Below are positions 38,980-51,659 of a DNA stretch of 64,000 bases, piece by piece. The first letter of the stretch is position 1, and each line of letters starts with the position of its first letter. The translations under genes and the position numbers were made by a program. The stretch lies in the NCBI RefSeq assembly GCF_963921235.1, contig NW_026948187.1, forward strand, positions 7,068,001-7,132,000. The letters are read 5' to 3'. Below the pieces are notes generated by a model that did no database searches, had not been told where the DNA came from, and saw only the letters and a program-made list of their open reading frames with translations. This DNA is from Mobula hypostoma (taxonomy: Eukaryota).

Positions 38980-39745
38980 TGTTTTTAAGGAAGAAAGAAA
39001 GAGACAGAGAGAGACGAAGACTGCTTTGAGATGGGGCTATGAAACCCTAAGGTTCATAATTATTTCGGACTGTGACTTTACTGCATGAGAAAAAACTGAC
39101 GCTAACTTTTGGATTTCTGATGAGTTCGGAGAGAGAGGGTACCGAGAGCTCATGGATCGCGATAGCGACCGAGGGCGGTGTTACTTCATGTACAATCGAT
39201 GTTATGGCTTCTCTGCAGCGGTATTTACATTTCTACAAGGACATGGCCTGCCAGTGAATTCTTACACAGAGAAAAGGAGGGAGGAGTTATTTGAGAGACA
39301 GTTGGTACTCAGTACATTGAGCTAAATAGACAATCAGATGCTAGACCTGCAACACAGGATTTTGGACACTGAATGAGCTTTGTTGTGCCCACAGAAAAAA
39401 TGCTTTTTGGACGGTCGATCAGGCGGATTGATCAGTGGCTTTTTCAGTGTGAAAAGGGACTGACAGTATGTGGAGTTGTCCATTTTCCAACTCCGGCCTG
39501 GTTGATGATACAACGACAGAACAACGGTCCCCTGTGTTGTGGTCACAGTCGGTGACTTCTAAAGGATTTCGGAGGACAACGGGAATATCGACGGCGTCAA
39601 CTCATCTGAAGATTCAAATCTCTCCCTTTCTCTCTCCATCACTACTCAACTCAATACCACGAACTGAAGTGAACTGAACTTTACTCATTATCGCAAGACT
39701 ATCTATTTATCCCTAGACTTGAATAAGCTTGTCTTTCGTTTATTT
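38980..39745. mobile_element. Probable LTR-like interspersed repeat
   Basis: Non-coding repeat-like segment between the gap and a CA microsatellite. Family recognised only loosely. Confidence 0.3.

Positions 39746-39748
<3 letters not shown>

Positions 39749-39788
<40 letters not shown>
39749..39788. repeat. (CA)n microsatellite
   Basis: Direct reading. Confidence 0.95.
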
Positions 39789-39790
<2 letters not shown>

Positions 39791-39799
39791 TGCATATAT

Positions 39800-41890
39800 G
39801 CACACTCGGGAGGAACGGCAGAGCAGCGGTGGCTGGAGTTTATGCGAGAACTGAGGAAGGTGCAAGACAGGTATATCCCAAAAAAGGAAGACATTTTCTA
39901 ATGGAAAAAGAATGCAACATTGGCTGACAAGAGAAGTCAAAGCCAAAGTTAAAGAAAAGGAAAGGGCATACAGGGAAGCAATATGCAGTGGGCAGACAGA
40001 GGACTGGAAAGTTGTTAAAAGCTTACGAAAGGAAACTAAGAAGGTCAATAAGAGGGAAAAGATGAACTATGAAAGGAAGCTGGCAAATAATATCAAAGAG
40101 GATACTAAAAGCTTTTTCAATTATATCGAGAGTAAAAGACAGGTCAGAGTAGATTTAGCACCGATAGAAAATTATGCTGGAGAAATTGTAACGGGAGATA
40201 TGGAGATGGCCAGAGACACTCAAGGGTGGCAGGGAAGGGAAGTGTGCGCAGTCACAATTACCACAGAGGAAGTACACAGGAAGCTGAATAGTCTGAAGAT
40301 AGATAAATCTCACGGACCAGATGGAGTGCACCTTCGAATTCTGAAAGATGTAGCTGTGGAGATTGCGGAGGCATTAGCGATGATCTTTCAAAAGTCGATA
40401 GATTCTGGCATGGTTCCAGAGGACGAGAAGATTTCAAATGTCACTCCGCTATTTAAGAAGGGGACAAGGAAGCAAAAAGGAAATTATGGACCTGTTAGCT
40501 TGACATCAGTGGTTGGGAAGTTGTTGGAGTCGATTGTCAAGGATGAGGTTAAGGATAACCTGGAATACCTGCAAGATTGGCAGAACTCAGCATGGTTTCC
40601 TTAAAGGAAAATCCTGCCTAGCAAACCTCTTACAATTTTTTGAGGAAATTACAAGTAGGCTAGGCAAGGGAGAGGCATTGGATGTTGTATGTTTTGATTT
40701 TCAGAGGACCTTTGACAAGGGGCCACACATGAGGCTGCTTAACAAGATAAGAGCCCGTGGAATTACGGGAAAGTTACATACGTGAAAGATCGTTGGCTGA
40801 ATGTCAGGAAACAGAGAGTGGGAATAAATGGATCCTATTCTGGTTGGCTGCCGGTTACCTGTGGTTTTCCACAGGGATCCGTGTTGGGGCCGCTTCTTTT
40901 TACGTTGTACATCAACGATTTGGATTATGGAATAGATCGCTCTGTGGGAAAGTTTGCTGATGATACGAAGATAGGTGGAGGGGCCGGTAGTGCTGAGGAA
41001 ACAGAGTGTCTGCATAGAGACTTGGATAGATTGGAAGAATGGGCAAAGAATTGGCAAATGAAATACAATGTTGGAAAGTGTACTGTTATGCACTTTGGCA
41101 GAAGTAATAAACGGGCAGACTATTATCTAAAAGGGGAGAGAATTCAAAGTTCTGAGATGCAACGGGATTTGGGAGTCCTCGCTCAGGATACCCCTAAAGT
41201 TAACCTCCAGGTTGAGTCGGTGGTGAAGAAAGCGAATGCAATGTCGGCATTCATTTCAAAAGGAATATAGTATAGGAGCAGGGTGATGATGCTGAGGCTC
41301 TATAAGGCGCTGGTGAGACCTCACTTGGAGTACTGTGGGCAGTTTTGGTCTCCTTGTTGATGAAAAGATGTGCAGACGTTGGAGAGGGTACAGAGAAGAT
41401 TCACTAGAATGATTCCGGGAATGGGAGGGTTAACATATGAGGATCGTTTGTCCGCTCTTGGACTGTATTCCTTGGAGTTTAGAAGAAGGAGCGGGGACCT
41501 CATAGAAACATTTCGAATGTTGAAAGGCATGGACAGAGTGGATGTAGCAAAGTTGTTTTCCATGATATGGGAGTCTAGTACGAAAGGGCATCACTTCAGG
41601 ATTGAAGGGTGCCCATGTGAACAGAGATGCAAAGAATTTTTGCTAGCCGGAGGGTGGTGAATCTATGAAATTTGTTGCTACGGGCGGCAGTGGAGGCCAA
41701 GTCATTGGGTGTATTTAAGGCAGAGACTGATAGGTATCTGAGCAGCCAGGGCATCAAAGATTTTGGTGAGAATGCCGGGGCCGGGGGTTGGACTAAATGG
41801 GAGAATGGATCATCTCATGATAAAATGGCGGAGCAGACTGGATGGGCCGAATAGCCGAATTCTGCTGCTATGTCTTATGGTCTTATGGTT
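39800..41890 (+). mobile_element. Decayed CR1 LINE, ~2.1 kb (RT region to 3' tail)
   Basis: ORF fragments 39912-40604, 40782-41270 (PQGSVLGP, FADD) and 41370-41660; tail tatgtcttatggtcttatgg. Confidence 0.9.
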
Positions 41891-41934
41891 ACCTTAGAGG
41901 TTAGAATTGAATATATACGAGGTACGTGACAATA

Positions 41935-43115
41935 GACAATGGACAACAGACAATAGGTGCAGGAGTAGACCATTCAGCCCTTCGAGCCGGCACCGCCATT
42001 CACTGTGATCATGGCTGATCATCCACAATCAGTACCCTTTTACTGCCTTCTCCCCATATCCCTTCACTCCGCGAACTTTAACAGCCCTGTCTAACTCGTT
42101 CCTTGAAAGAATCCAGAGAATTGGCCTCCACTGCCTTCTGAGGAAGAACATTCCACAGATCCACAACCCTCTGTGTGAAAAAGTTTTTCCTGAACTCCAT
42201 TCGGAATTGTCTACCCTTCATTCTTAAAATGTGGCCTCTGGTTCGGGACTCCCCCAACATCGATAAAATGTTTCCTGCCTCTAGCTTGTCTAATCCCCTA
42301 ATAACCTTATATGTTTCAATCAGATACCCTGTCACCCTTCTAAATTCCAGTGTATACAACCACGGTTGCTGCAATCTTTCAACATATGACCGTCCCGCCA
42401 TCCTGGGAATTAACCCGGTGAACCTACGCTGCACTCCGTCAATAGCTAGAATGTCCTTCCTCAACCTTGGAGACCAGAACTGTACACAATATTCCAGGTG
42501 TTGTCCCACCAGGGCCCTGTACAGCTGCAGAAGGAACTCTTTACTCCTTTACTCAATTTCCCTTGTTATGAAGGCCAGCATGCCATTTGTTTTCTTCACT
42601 GCTTGCTGTACCTGCATGCTTACTTTCAGTGACTAATGAACAAGGACACCTAGATCTCGTTGTACTTCCCCTTTTCCAAACTTGACATCATTTAGATAGT
42701 AATCTACCTTCCGGTACTTGCCACCAAAGTGGATAAACTGCATTTGCCATGCATCTGCCCACTCACCCAACCAGTCCAAGTCACCCTGTATTCTCGTATT
42801 ATCCTCCTCACATTTCACACGGCCACCCAGCTTTGTGTCATCTGCAAATTTGCTAATGTTACTTTCAGTCCCTTCATCTAAATCATGAACGTATATTGTA
42901 AATAGCTGTGGTCCCAGCACCGAACCTTGCGGTACCCCTCTAGTCACTACCTGCCATTCTGTAAAGGACCCATTAATCCCTACACTTTGTTGCTGTCTGC
43001 CAATCAATTTTCTATCCATGTCAGTACCCTACCTCCAATACCATTTGCTTTACTTTTACACATTAAACTACTATGTGGGACCTTATCAAAGGGTTTCTGA
43101 AAGTCCAGGTACACT
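41935..43115 (-). mobile_element. CR1 LINE 3' fragment, antisense
   Basis: Minus-strand [14 protein letters not shown] and HLEYCVQFWSP; tail agacaatagacaat on the + strand. Confidence 0.9.
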
Positions 43116-43570
43116 ACATCAGGTGACACATGCCAGCAATAGAAATAGTAGTCTTCAGTTCGCCAGACTTGCTCAGACAGGGATTTCAGGTGTGACGCTT
43201 TCAGATTATGCTGCAGTTCTGTGAGTCGTTGATGAGGGCGCACTCGTAAAACTGAGTAGAACACTTGGTCACCATGCAAAGGTGCGGTTGGGCAGGAACA
43301 AGGGTAGAAAAGATTGACGGGCATGTACCCAGCAATAGAGGGCTTGAGGTATGGAGACTGGTAGGCCATGTTGGGTCTTTGTTTCTTGGAACTTAATAAA
43401 ATGAGGGACCAACCTGCAGAACTTTCTTTTAAATTTCAACACACGTCGACGAGATGGATGATAAGAGTCTTTTGAGATCCTGGATAGGGGAGTCTGAATC
43501 CTGTGGATATGTGTTCAGATGAGGGAGTAGGGTGGATTAAAACGAAACGTTCAATCAACTCTTATACGAC

Positions 43571-45605
43571 TTTCAAAAGATCTTTGACCAGGTGCCACAC
43601 AAGAGGTTGCTTACCAAAATAAGAATCCATGGTGTTACAAGAAACACCATGAGCATTGGTAAAACGGGAGGAGCAAGCGAGTAGGAATTATGTTCTCTGT
43701 GACAATGATGTAGATGATGGAATAGATTTTTTTTTTTGCCAAGTTTGCAGATGATCCAAATATTGGTGTCGGGGCGGGACCTGCTGAGGAAAGACGTAGC
43801 TGCAAAGCACTTTAGACAGATTAGGATAATTGGCAAGAAAGTGGCCAGTGAGAAATACACTGTTGGTAAGTACATGGTCATGCTCTTTGGTAGGGGAAAT
43901 AAATTTGCAGATCATGTGCTAATCGTGGAGAAAATCCACTAAATTGTGGTGCAAAGGGGATTCGGAGTCCTTGTGCAGAAAAACTAAAGGGTTAATATGC
44001 AGGTAGAATCGGAGGTAAGGCAGGAGACTGAAATGCTAACAGTCATTTCAAGCGGTCTAGTATACAGGAAGAGTGATGCGATGCTGAGGATTTACAAGGC
44101 AGTGCTGAAGCCTCAGTGTGAGAATTGTGAACAGTTTTCGGATTCTCGTCTAACAAAGACGTGCTGGCATTGGAGAAAGCCCAGAGGAATCACAAACATG
44201 ATTCCAGAGATTGAAGGGTTTTCATATTGGTACTGTTGGTGTGCTCAGGATCTGGATACGCCGGAACTTCAGAAGGATGAGGTGGAATCTCATTTCAACA
44301 TTTCGAATGCTGAAAACCCAAGGCAGATGGATGTGGAAAGGATGTTTCCCAAAGTTCCGTTGTCTGAGATAAGAGTGCGTGCCCTCAGAATAGCGAGACG
44401 TCCATTTAAAACAGAGAAGCAGAATATTTTCCCTCGCCAGAGGGTGGTGAATTTGGGGAATTTGTTACCACGTTCAGCTGTGGAGGCCATGTCCCTGGGT
44501 TTATTTAAGCCAGAGATTTGTTGGTTGTTGATTGGACCGAACATTAAACGTTACGGGGAGAAGGTCCGGGAAAGGGGTGAAGATAGGAAGTAAAAGATCA
44601 GCCTTGATTGAGCAGACACGATGGACCAAATGGCCTAATTCTGTTCCTATGCATTATGGTCTCATGTTCCTGTGGTCTTAAATCGGTGAGAGTTACGGAG
44701 TATTTTTATTAGTTTTTGCTAAGGCTCAGTGCCACGTTGATAAGTTCCACATGCCGGTGAAGTGCAGGGAATTGATCGAAACTATGTAGAAAGAAAACGT
44801 ACATTGCTGCTTCAAGTCCTAATGAACGGTCTCGGGCCGCGACGTCGAGCGCTTACTCATGTCAAGAGATGCTGTCTGACGTGACGAGTTTCGCCAGCAT
44901 TTTGTGTGTGATTCTGTTCCAAGTTCAAAATTCAAAGCACAGTGATTATTAAAGTACTATAATGCCCTGCCTTATACATTTACAGTCATGTTTTATGTAT
45001 TTCTCTTTGCTGATCGGTAAGAGAAACCTGTCCTGCTGTCAACCTGTTTGGGTTACTATTGTAGATAACGAATCCGTGCTATCAAATTGGTATGGTAGAT
45101 TTACTGGGAGCTCCTCTTGGCGAGGGACACGAAGTTTGGTCTTGCCTTTCCTTGGTTCGGCGGGGGATGAGGAGAGAAGACGCTGGGAGAACTGATCGTA
45201 GGATTTTATTGTCTGGGAGACCCGTTTGTTCGAGATTTAATGGCGAGCGACCGTCTGAAGGTAGTGTGTGCTTCACCTTGACAGAGTGAACAGCAAACGA
45301 CTACCAAAGAAGTTCAAGATTTGCTCCAACTTATGCATATTTGACTGTTTAAGTAGAATGGGCTTTCTTCTTTCTGTTACTCGTTACTAACCCCATAGCT
45401 CAGTTAAGATTCATAAATATAATCGCTTTCGCCGTACGTTGCCTGTTATTTCATGGTACTTAACGTGTAACAGGGTTGCAAATTACGCTCCAGCAAAACC
45501 AAACGGGGTGGAATCACTACATACATGTTTCTATACACCACTATACCACGTGATGCATTTTCTTACCAGGAAACGCAATTAATTCTTAATAGAATAGTAA
45601 TCATA
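43571..45605. repeat. Paralogous block B' (matches 25636-28800)
   Basis: See partner; the parallel ORF-track peptides 26294/43997 and 27256/44962 are visibly homologous. Confidence 0.85.
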
Positions 45606-45899
45606 ACAGAATTGACGAAAGTCCGCACAAACACAGGCGCTCAATCGGTAAGAGGGAGAAGACCAGTCTCGTCTGACCTCTCTCGTTAACAAGACTCTTT
45701 GAAGATTGAAACGGCGCCCACGGGGAGTTTTTATGTTTCCTGGCATCATGACTGATTTATTATCCTTTCTTAACACCATTCTCTTCCTTCTGCCCGTAAC
45801 TTCTGTAACCCATTCTCATCAACAACCTTGCAACCTCCGCTTGAAACATAAAGACAAGCAGACAGGTTTCAATTTGTTTCATCGCCTGGTTATATTCTC

Positions 45900-47265
45900 T
45901 GTAACAGCGTAGTATGCAATCTAGATTTATTTTCCGCGAACTCAATATATGGATACAAGGTACTATTGTGACATGCTGGCCTGCAATATATTCATATAGA
46001 TGGATTTGTGACAGGAAAATCATGTCTGACAATCTTATCGAACTTTTGAGGATGCAACTCGTAGAGTGGATGTGGTATATTTGGATTTTCAAAAGGCATT
46101 TGACAAGGTCCCACACAGGAGATTAGTGTACAAACTTAAATCACACTGTATTGGGGCTATGATATTGAGGTGCATAGAGAATTGGTCGGCAGATAGGAAG
46201 CAAAGTGTGGGAATAAACGGAACCTTTTCAGAAAGGCAGCCAGTGACTAGTGGAGTACCGCCAGGCTCGGTGTTGAGTTCCCGGTTGTTCACAATATATA
46301 TTAATGATTTAGACGAGGGAATTAAATGCAGCATCTCCAAGTTTGCGGATGACACGAAGCTGGGCGGCAGTGTTAGCTGTGAGGAGGATGCTAAGAGGAC
46401 GCAGGTTGACTTGGATAGGTTAGGTGAGTGGGCAAATTCATGCCAGATAAAACTTAATGTGGATAATGTGAGGTTATCCACTTCGGTGGCAAGAACAGGA
46501 AAACAGATTATTATCTGAATGGTCGCCGATTAGGAAAAGGAGAGATGCAACAAGACCTGGGTGTAATTGTACACCAGACATTGAAAGTGGGCATGCAGGT
46601 ACAGCAGGCGTGAAAAAGACGAATGGCATCCCGGCATTCATAGCAAGAGGATTCAAGTACAGGAGCAGGGAGGTCCTACTGCAGTTGTACAAGGCCTTTG
46701 TGAGACCACGGCTGGAGTAATGTGTGCAGTTCTGGTCCCCTAATCTAAGCAAAGACATTCGTGGCATAGAGGGAGTAAAAGGAAGGTTCGCCAGACTGAT
46801 TCCAGAGAAGGCAGGACTTCCATAGGAAGAAAGATTGGATCAACTAGGCTTATACTCGCTGGAATTTAGAAGATTGAGGGGGGTTCTTATTGAAGCGTAT
46901 GATATTCTAAACAGATTGGACAGGCTAGATGCAGGAAGATTGTTCCCAATGTTGGGGAAGTCCAGAACGAGGGGTCACAGTTTAAGTTTAAAGGGGAAGC
47001 CTTTTAGGACCAAGATGAGGAAAAAATTCTTCACACAGATAGTGACGAATCTGTGGAATTCTCTGCCACAGGAAACATTTGAGGCCAGTGCATTGTCTAT
47101 ATTTAAGAGGGGGTTAGATATGGTCCCTCTGACTGAAGGGATCATGGGGTATGGAGAGAAGGCAGGTACAGGGTTCTGAGTTGGGTGATCAGCCATGATC
47201 ATACTGAATGGCGGTGCAGGCTCGAAGGGCCGAAAGGCCTACTCCTGAACCTATTTTCTATGTTT
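45900..47265 (+). mobile_element. CR1 LINE 3' 1.3 kb, same subfamily as the intact copy at 56700
   Basis: DFQKAFDKVPHRRLV...FADDTKLGGSVS and the same ctattttctatgtttctatg tail; carries frameshifts. Confidence 0.9.
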
Positions 47266-47277
47266 CTATGCTTTTAT

Positions 47278-47280
47278 GAG

Positions 47281-47317
<37 letters not shown>

Positions 47318-47380
47318 CAGAGAGAGACAGAGAGAGAGAGAGACAGAGAGAGACGTACAGAGAGTGATAGAGAGAGAGAA
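47278..47380. repeat. (GATA)n/(GA)n compound microsatellite
   Basis: Direct reading. Confidence 0.9.
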
Positions 47381-47612
47381 TCTTCACACTGGTTCACTGT
47401 GTCTCCACACCGATGAACCGATTGCCAGTTAACCAGAGAAAGTATCTGTAACATGATACACGGCGGAGTCAATGATTTACCGTTGTTTATGAAAGGACAG
47501 GAAGTTATAAAAAATTGGGAGCGTTAATGGGCACCTGGCGAATTTCCTTGTCCGTTCATTAACTAGAGAAATAAGGATGCCTTCTTGACAACTGCGCAGC
47601 TGGGCTTTGCTG

Positions 47613-47613
<1 letters not shown>

Positions 47614-47648
<35 letters not shown>
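47614..47648. repeat. (TA)n microsatellite
   Basis: Direct reading. Confidence 0.95.
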
Positions 47649-47650
<2 letters not shown>

Positions 47651-47943
47651 CCTTCAACCAGGACTTAGGAGCAATTGTGACATTGCAAACATCAGGCTCT
47701 TGAACGAGAGGAGATAACAACACCCACAGCATCACTGATAAAACCTGAACCGAACTCGCCGATTTCTCAATGGCTTGGGGCTTTCGGAATATTTAGAGCT
47801 GCATAATATTGCATAATATACATATAGTAGCTATAGTGCTAATTTAAAACTGTTTTGCAATGAATGCGATATACGAGTTGTAAATATTATTATTGGGACA
47901 ATAATTACCCGACTTATTTTCTATCCTCTTTCACATTCCTCTT

Positions 47944-49400
47944 TTAACTCATACATTCTGTTCGGGTCAAATTTAACCTGCTTTGACATTTGACAGCATT
48001 AAAACAGACTAAATTCCCTTTGTAACCGATATTTCATGATTTTTTTTTCCAAAACTGAGCCAAAATGCACGAAAATGCAAATATTTTAAAAAAAAGTATA
48101 CTTTTGGACAGGTGCTACATTTTTTTTGTCGATTGAGTTTAATCCGGGACAAATTTAACCTGTATCTATTGAAATGGATTTTATATCCACCTGTGTGGGT
48201 CACATCAAGGAAAATGGTGGTTATCGTGAATCTTAAAACTGTGAAACTGTACATGTCATATCTGTGTACATTTTTTTTTCATAGGACAGTAGTGCGAGCG
48301 TTCAATGGGGACCTTGACACTGACACGAAGACGGCCACTTTCCCAGCACATTTGCCCAGGTTCCCACCGAGACAGGCCCCTATTGGTCTTTGAAATTTGC
48401 TTTTTTTGTGCATTTGCAGCTCGCTGTCGTTTCCGCCAGTACATGGCGAGCAACCCAGGAAAATATGGCATGAAGTGATGGGCAGCCTGTGATGCACCTT
48501 CCAGTTATGCACAGAATATGCAAATACGCAATGGGAAGCCAGCTGGAGGAGCCCCGGAGAGAAAACAGGCCATGCGCGTCGTGTAAGAGAGGACAGAAGG
48601 ATAAGAGGACACAAGGTGACCTGTGCCAATTTCCTCACATCTCAACAGCTTCTTCAGGCGCTCCTCAAGAAGAAATTCACCATGGTGGGCACTGTGAGGT
48701 GGAACAAGCCTGAGCTGCCACCTGCTGTGATTGCATCAAGGGGGCGAGATGTTTTGTCTTCTAAGTCTGCTTTCACCCATGACACCACAGTTGCCTAGTA
48801 TATGCAAAAGAAGAACAAGACTGTCACCCTTATGAGCACAGTACATAAGATTGCAGAGGTCAGGGCTCAGCAGGGCAGAATACCAGCCACCATCCTTGGC
48901 AACAATGCCAATAAAGGAGGAGTGGACACCCTTCACAAAGTAACAGGAACATACAGCTGCAAGAGGAGATCAGCCCGCTGGCCTCTCGCCATATTCCATA
49001 ACATCATTGACATATCGATCTGCAATGCCTTTGTCATATGGAGTGAGCTGAACTCTACCTGGAAAACCCAAGAGGAAAAATAGGAGGTTATTTCTGGGGG
49101 AGCTTGGAAAGGCCCTTGTAACTCCTTTCATGCAAAGGATACACCACCTTCTCCGAACAGTAGCCTCAGCAGCACTGATTAGGGCAGTTCCGCGTTCTGA
49201 ACCTGGCCCGGATCAACAACAAGTCCCACAATGAGCCAAAACAAGTGGACAGAAGAGAAAGTAATGCAACTTCTGCTCTGCAAAAAAAAAAAGGACTGCA
49301 AACCAGGGACAACTTGCTGTAAATGTGGGAAACACAAATGCAGGGGCCACACACGCAATGTTTCTGACCACTGAGTTGAATGCGAAAACTAGTTTGCAAA
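47944..49400 (+). mobile_element. piggyBac-family DNA transposon remnant (internally deleted, frameshifted)
   Basis: TTAA at 47944, then ttcgggtcaaattt end sequence. Transposase pieces FRQYMASNPGKYGMK, GTVRWNKPELP, KKNKTVTLMSTVH, NKGGVDTL...YSCKRRSARWPLAIFHNIIDIS and a Cys-rich C-terminus. The right TIR was not found. Confidence 0.85.
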
Positions 49401-49959
49401 TAACTTTTTTTTTTGTTTGTTGGTTAAAAGTCAGTTATGGTGGAATAATAGTTAGTAGTTACAATTAGATAGTAGCTATGAGTATATTTTATTATATAGC
49501 GGCGAGGACAGTTTTGATGGCTGTAATAGCTATAAACGTTTATATAATAAACCCCACGGTTCCAGAATGTTCTTTCCATTTTCAGTTTCAACAAATTTAT
49601 TTAAATAATTATTGCTGTTATGTTTTCATGTCTTACGTAAAATAGCACATGATATTTTTAGTACCTCTCAGTCATGGATTCACACAGAGCGGGAGCTCTG
49701 ATGTCCAGATCATCCTCCCCCGTTTGTCTGAGTTTGACCGGTAACCCTGTAAACCTCAGCTTTCCACGTTCCCGTCCAAAAGTCTTTCGAGACGCTGCTG
49801 TTGCAAATTGGGCTTATTTTAGTTACTTTGGCCTTCCTGTCGGCTGTGACCGGACTGGCATTCTCCTCTACACTCTCTTTAACAGGGCGTTTATGCCCAC
49901 TTAACTACAGCTCACTGGTCGTTATTATCTTTTTTGTTGTTGTTCTTTTTCGCACCATT

Positions 49960-50245
49960 TTCAGTACACTCCGGCAAATGTTGTGCGTGAAGATCCCAGG
50001 AGCTCAACAGTTTCGGAGGTTCTCAGACCACTTGGCCTGACACCAGCAATCATTCCACAGTCAAAGTGATTGATGATTTTGCTTTCCCAATCATCGTTTC
50101 TTCTGAAGAACCAACTGAACGTCTTCACAATGTCTGAATGTTTCCAAGGCATTGAGTTGCTGTCACATGATTGGTTAATTAGATATTTATCTTAACGAGC
50201 GAAAGAAAAAGGTGCACCTAATACTGTGGCCATTGAGTCTAAGTA
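49960..50245. mobile_element. Tc1/mariner-like non-autonomous remnant
   Basis: gttgtgcgtgaagatcccag...gcattgagttgctgtcacatgattggttaattagatattt...ggtgcacctaata.tgtggcc resembles the end of a common fish Tc1-like element. Confidence 0.55.
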
Positions 50246-50348
50246 CTGGTGAATTTGACAATAAACTCCACTTTGACTATGTCTTTTGTCGGTTAACCGA
50301 GCTGCAATTCCAGATTCCACCGCCAGCCGCTCCCCTGCGTACTCAGCA

Positions 50349-50387
50349 GGTTTTTGCCGAGCGTCCCCCTCTCACTGAGTCACTGTG
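50349..50387 (-). other. 23-bp-spacer recombination signal sequence of TRBV A
   Basis: Minus strand CACAGTG (50387-50381), 23-nt spacer, GCAAAAACC (50357-50349). Confidence 0.95.
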
Positions 50388-50686
50388 TAGACTCCAGGCG
50401 CAGAAATATACGGCCGAGTTCTTCGCTTCCAGGTTGGGGTTGCTCAGAGTGAAGGTCTTTCCGTCCGGTCTCTGGGCGGTAAAACCGTCCACGGGCTCGT
50501 CGGAATTGACAACTTCGGTAGCAGCGGAGTAAAAGAGGTTCTCCAGCTCCTTCCCCGGGAGCTGTCTGTACCAGAACATGTAAGGGTCAGCGCTCGTCCC
50601 CTTCACAGTGCACGTCATCGTCACATTCTCCCCGGGGGATCGCGAGAGCACGGCCGGGGTCTGAGCGATGGTCTGCGAGCTGACCT
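50388..50686 (-). CDS. TRBV: TCR beta V segment A, V exon (apparently functional; ends YFCAWSL)
   Basis: Acceptor tctctttcccAG, then VSSQTIAQTPAVLSRSPGENVTMTC...MFWYRQLPGKELENLF...FTAQRPDGKTFTLSNPNLEAKNSAVYFCAWS. Both Ig-V cysteines and the FR2 Trp are present, with no stops. The CAWS ending is typical of TRBV. Confidence 0.93.
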
Positions 50687-51156
50687 CTGGGAAAGAGACG
50701 GGAAGAGGAGGAAGGTTAATGATGACACTGGAGATCCGGGGATGGGGGGCGGGAACGGGATCAGAGCAGATATGGAAACTTAAGAAGAAAGGAAAATTTC
50801 GCAAATGAGTAAAAACGGTGGAATTCTGAAAAGAAATGGAGCAGCATGGGAAATAAAGAAAAATAGGGGGATAATCAAAAGTTTGAGAAAAAAGAAAAAA
50901 ATCATTTGTGAACAGAAATATTGGTGCAAGGACTGCAAGGAGGAAGTGAGAAGAGACCGAGAAGTGGCTAGTAAGAGGTAATCACTGGCACGCAGTCTGG
51001 AGAAGGAGAAAGATGGAGGGATTATGAAAGGAGGATAATTAATTCAGAGAGAACCGAGAGGATGAAAACAGAGGGGCGAGAAACTGAACAAAATTTAAAT
51101 AGAGGTAAAGGGAAACAAAATAATTTATCGGATTATAATAGGAGAAATTTGCTTAC

Positions 51157-51193
51157 GGTGGGTCCAGATCATAAGTCCAAGTAACACAAACAT
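51157..51193 (-). CDS. TRBV: TCR beta V segment A, leader exon (MFVLLGLMIWTH + 1 nt)
   Basis: Minus strand ATG at 51193, hydrophobic 12-codon leader, phase-1 GTAAGC donor at 51156. It joins in frame (C+AG = Gln) to the V exon across a 470-nt intron. Confidence 0.88.
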
Positions 51194-51269
51194 CTTTGTT
51201 TGGAACCGTTCTTTCCGACAATGAGCAAGTTTTGTGCTCAGCTGCCGTTTGTAACCTGTTGAAAAGACA

Positions 51270-51372
51270 GTGAGAGCCAGGAAGAGATGCCACGCCCACT
51301 TCTGCAGAAAGACCCACCCACCACTTCGACTCTTTATTGACCGAAGAACGCAGTATAAATGTCATGTCAACC
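51270..51372 (-). promoter_or_regulatory. Candidate TRBV A promoter elements
   Basis: ETS-type CAGGAAG (51278-51284), GC/GT-box CCACGCCC (51290-51297) and a weak TGACAT half-CRE near 51360-51370, all within ~180 nt upstream of the leader ATG. Motif matches only. Confidence 0.3.
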
Positions 51373-51454
51373 GCTTTATTTTTTTTTTAGCAGCAGTCCA
51401 GTACATTGAAAACTAGACCAGCGTTAGTTAATAGAAATATAAATTGAAATATTT

Positions 51455-51640
51455 CTGGAGTTCAGCGCCAATCACTCGGGTTCCAATCCCGCTGCTGGTT
51501 GTAAAGGCGTCTACGTGTTCACATCGTGTCCACGTGGTTTCCCTCCCGGAACTCCGGTTTCTTCCCATGTTTGTAATTGGCCAGTGACGAGTCGTTGGGC
51601 CGGAAGGGTCTGATATCGCGCTGTATTTCTGAATAACGAA
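51455..51640 (+). mobile_element. V-SINE-like short interspersed element
   Basis: Core gtggtttccctcccggaactccggtttcttcccat and tail gggccggaagggtctgatatcgcgctgtatttct. Similar cores occur near 35640-35710 and 56080-56150. Confidence 0.6.
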
Positions 51641-51659
51641 GTAAAAAATATTTTAATCG

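Noticed and set aside
45200-45290. SRFNGERPSEGSVCFTLT, reminiscent of TRBV FR3
   Set aside because: Not preserved in the paralogous block (27530-27590), and no C104 or RSS follows.
34715-50348. Trypsinogen genes or TRBD/TRBJ/TRBC segments between the GPCRs and TRBV A
   Set aside because: Looked for because of mammalian TRB organisation. No serine-protease motifs, 12/23-flanked D or FGxG J exon was found.
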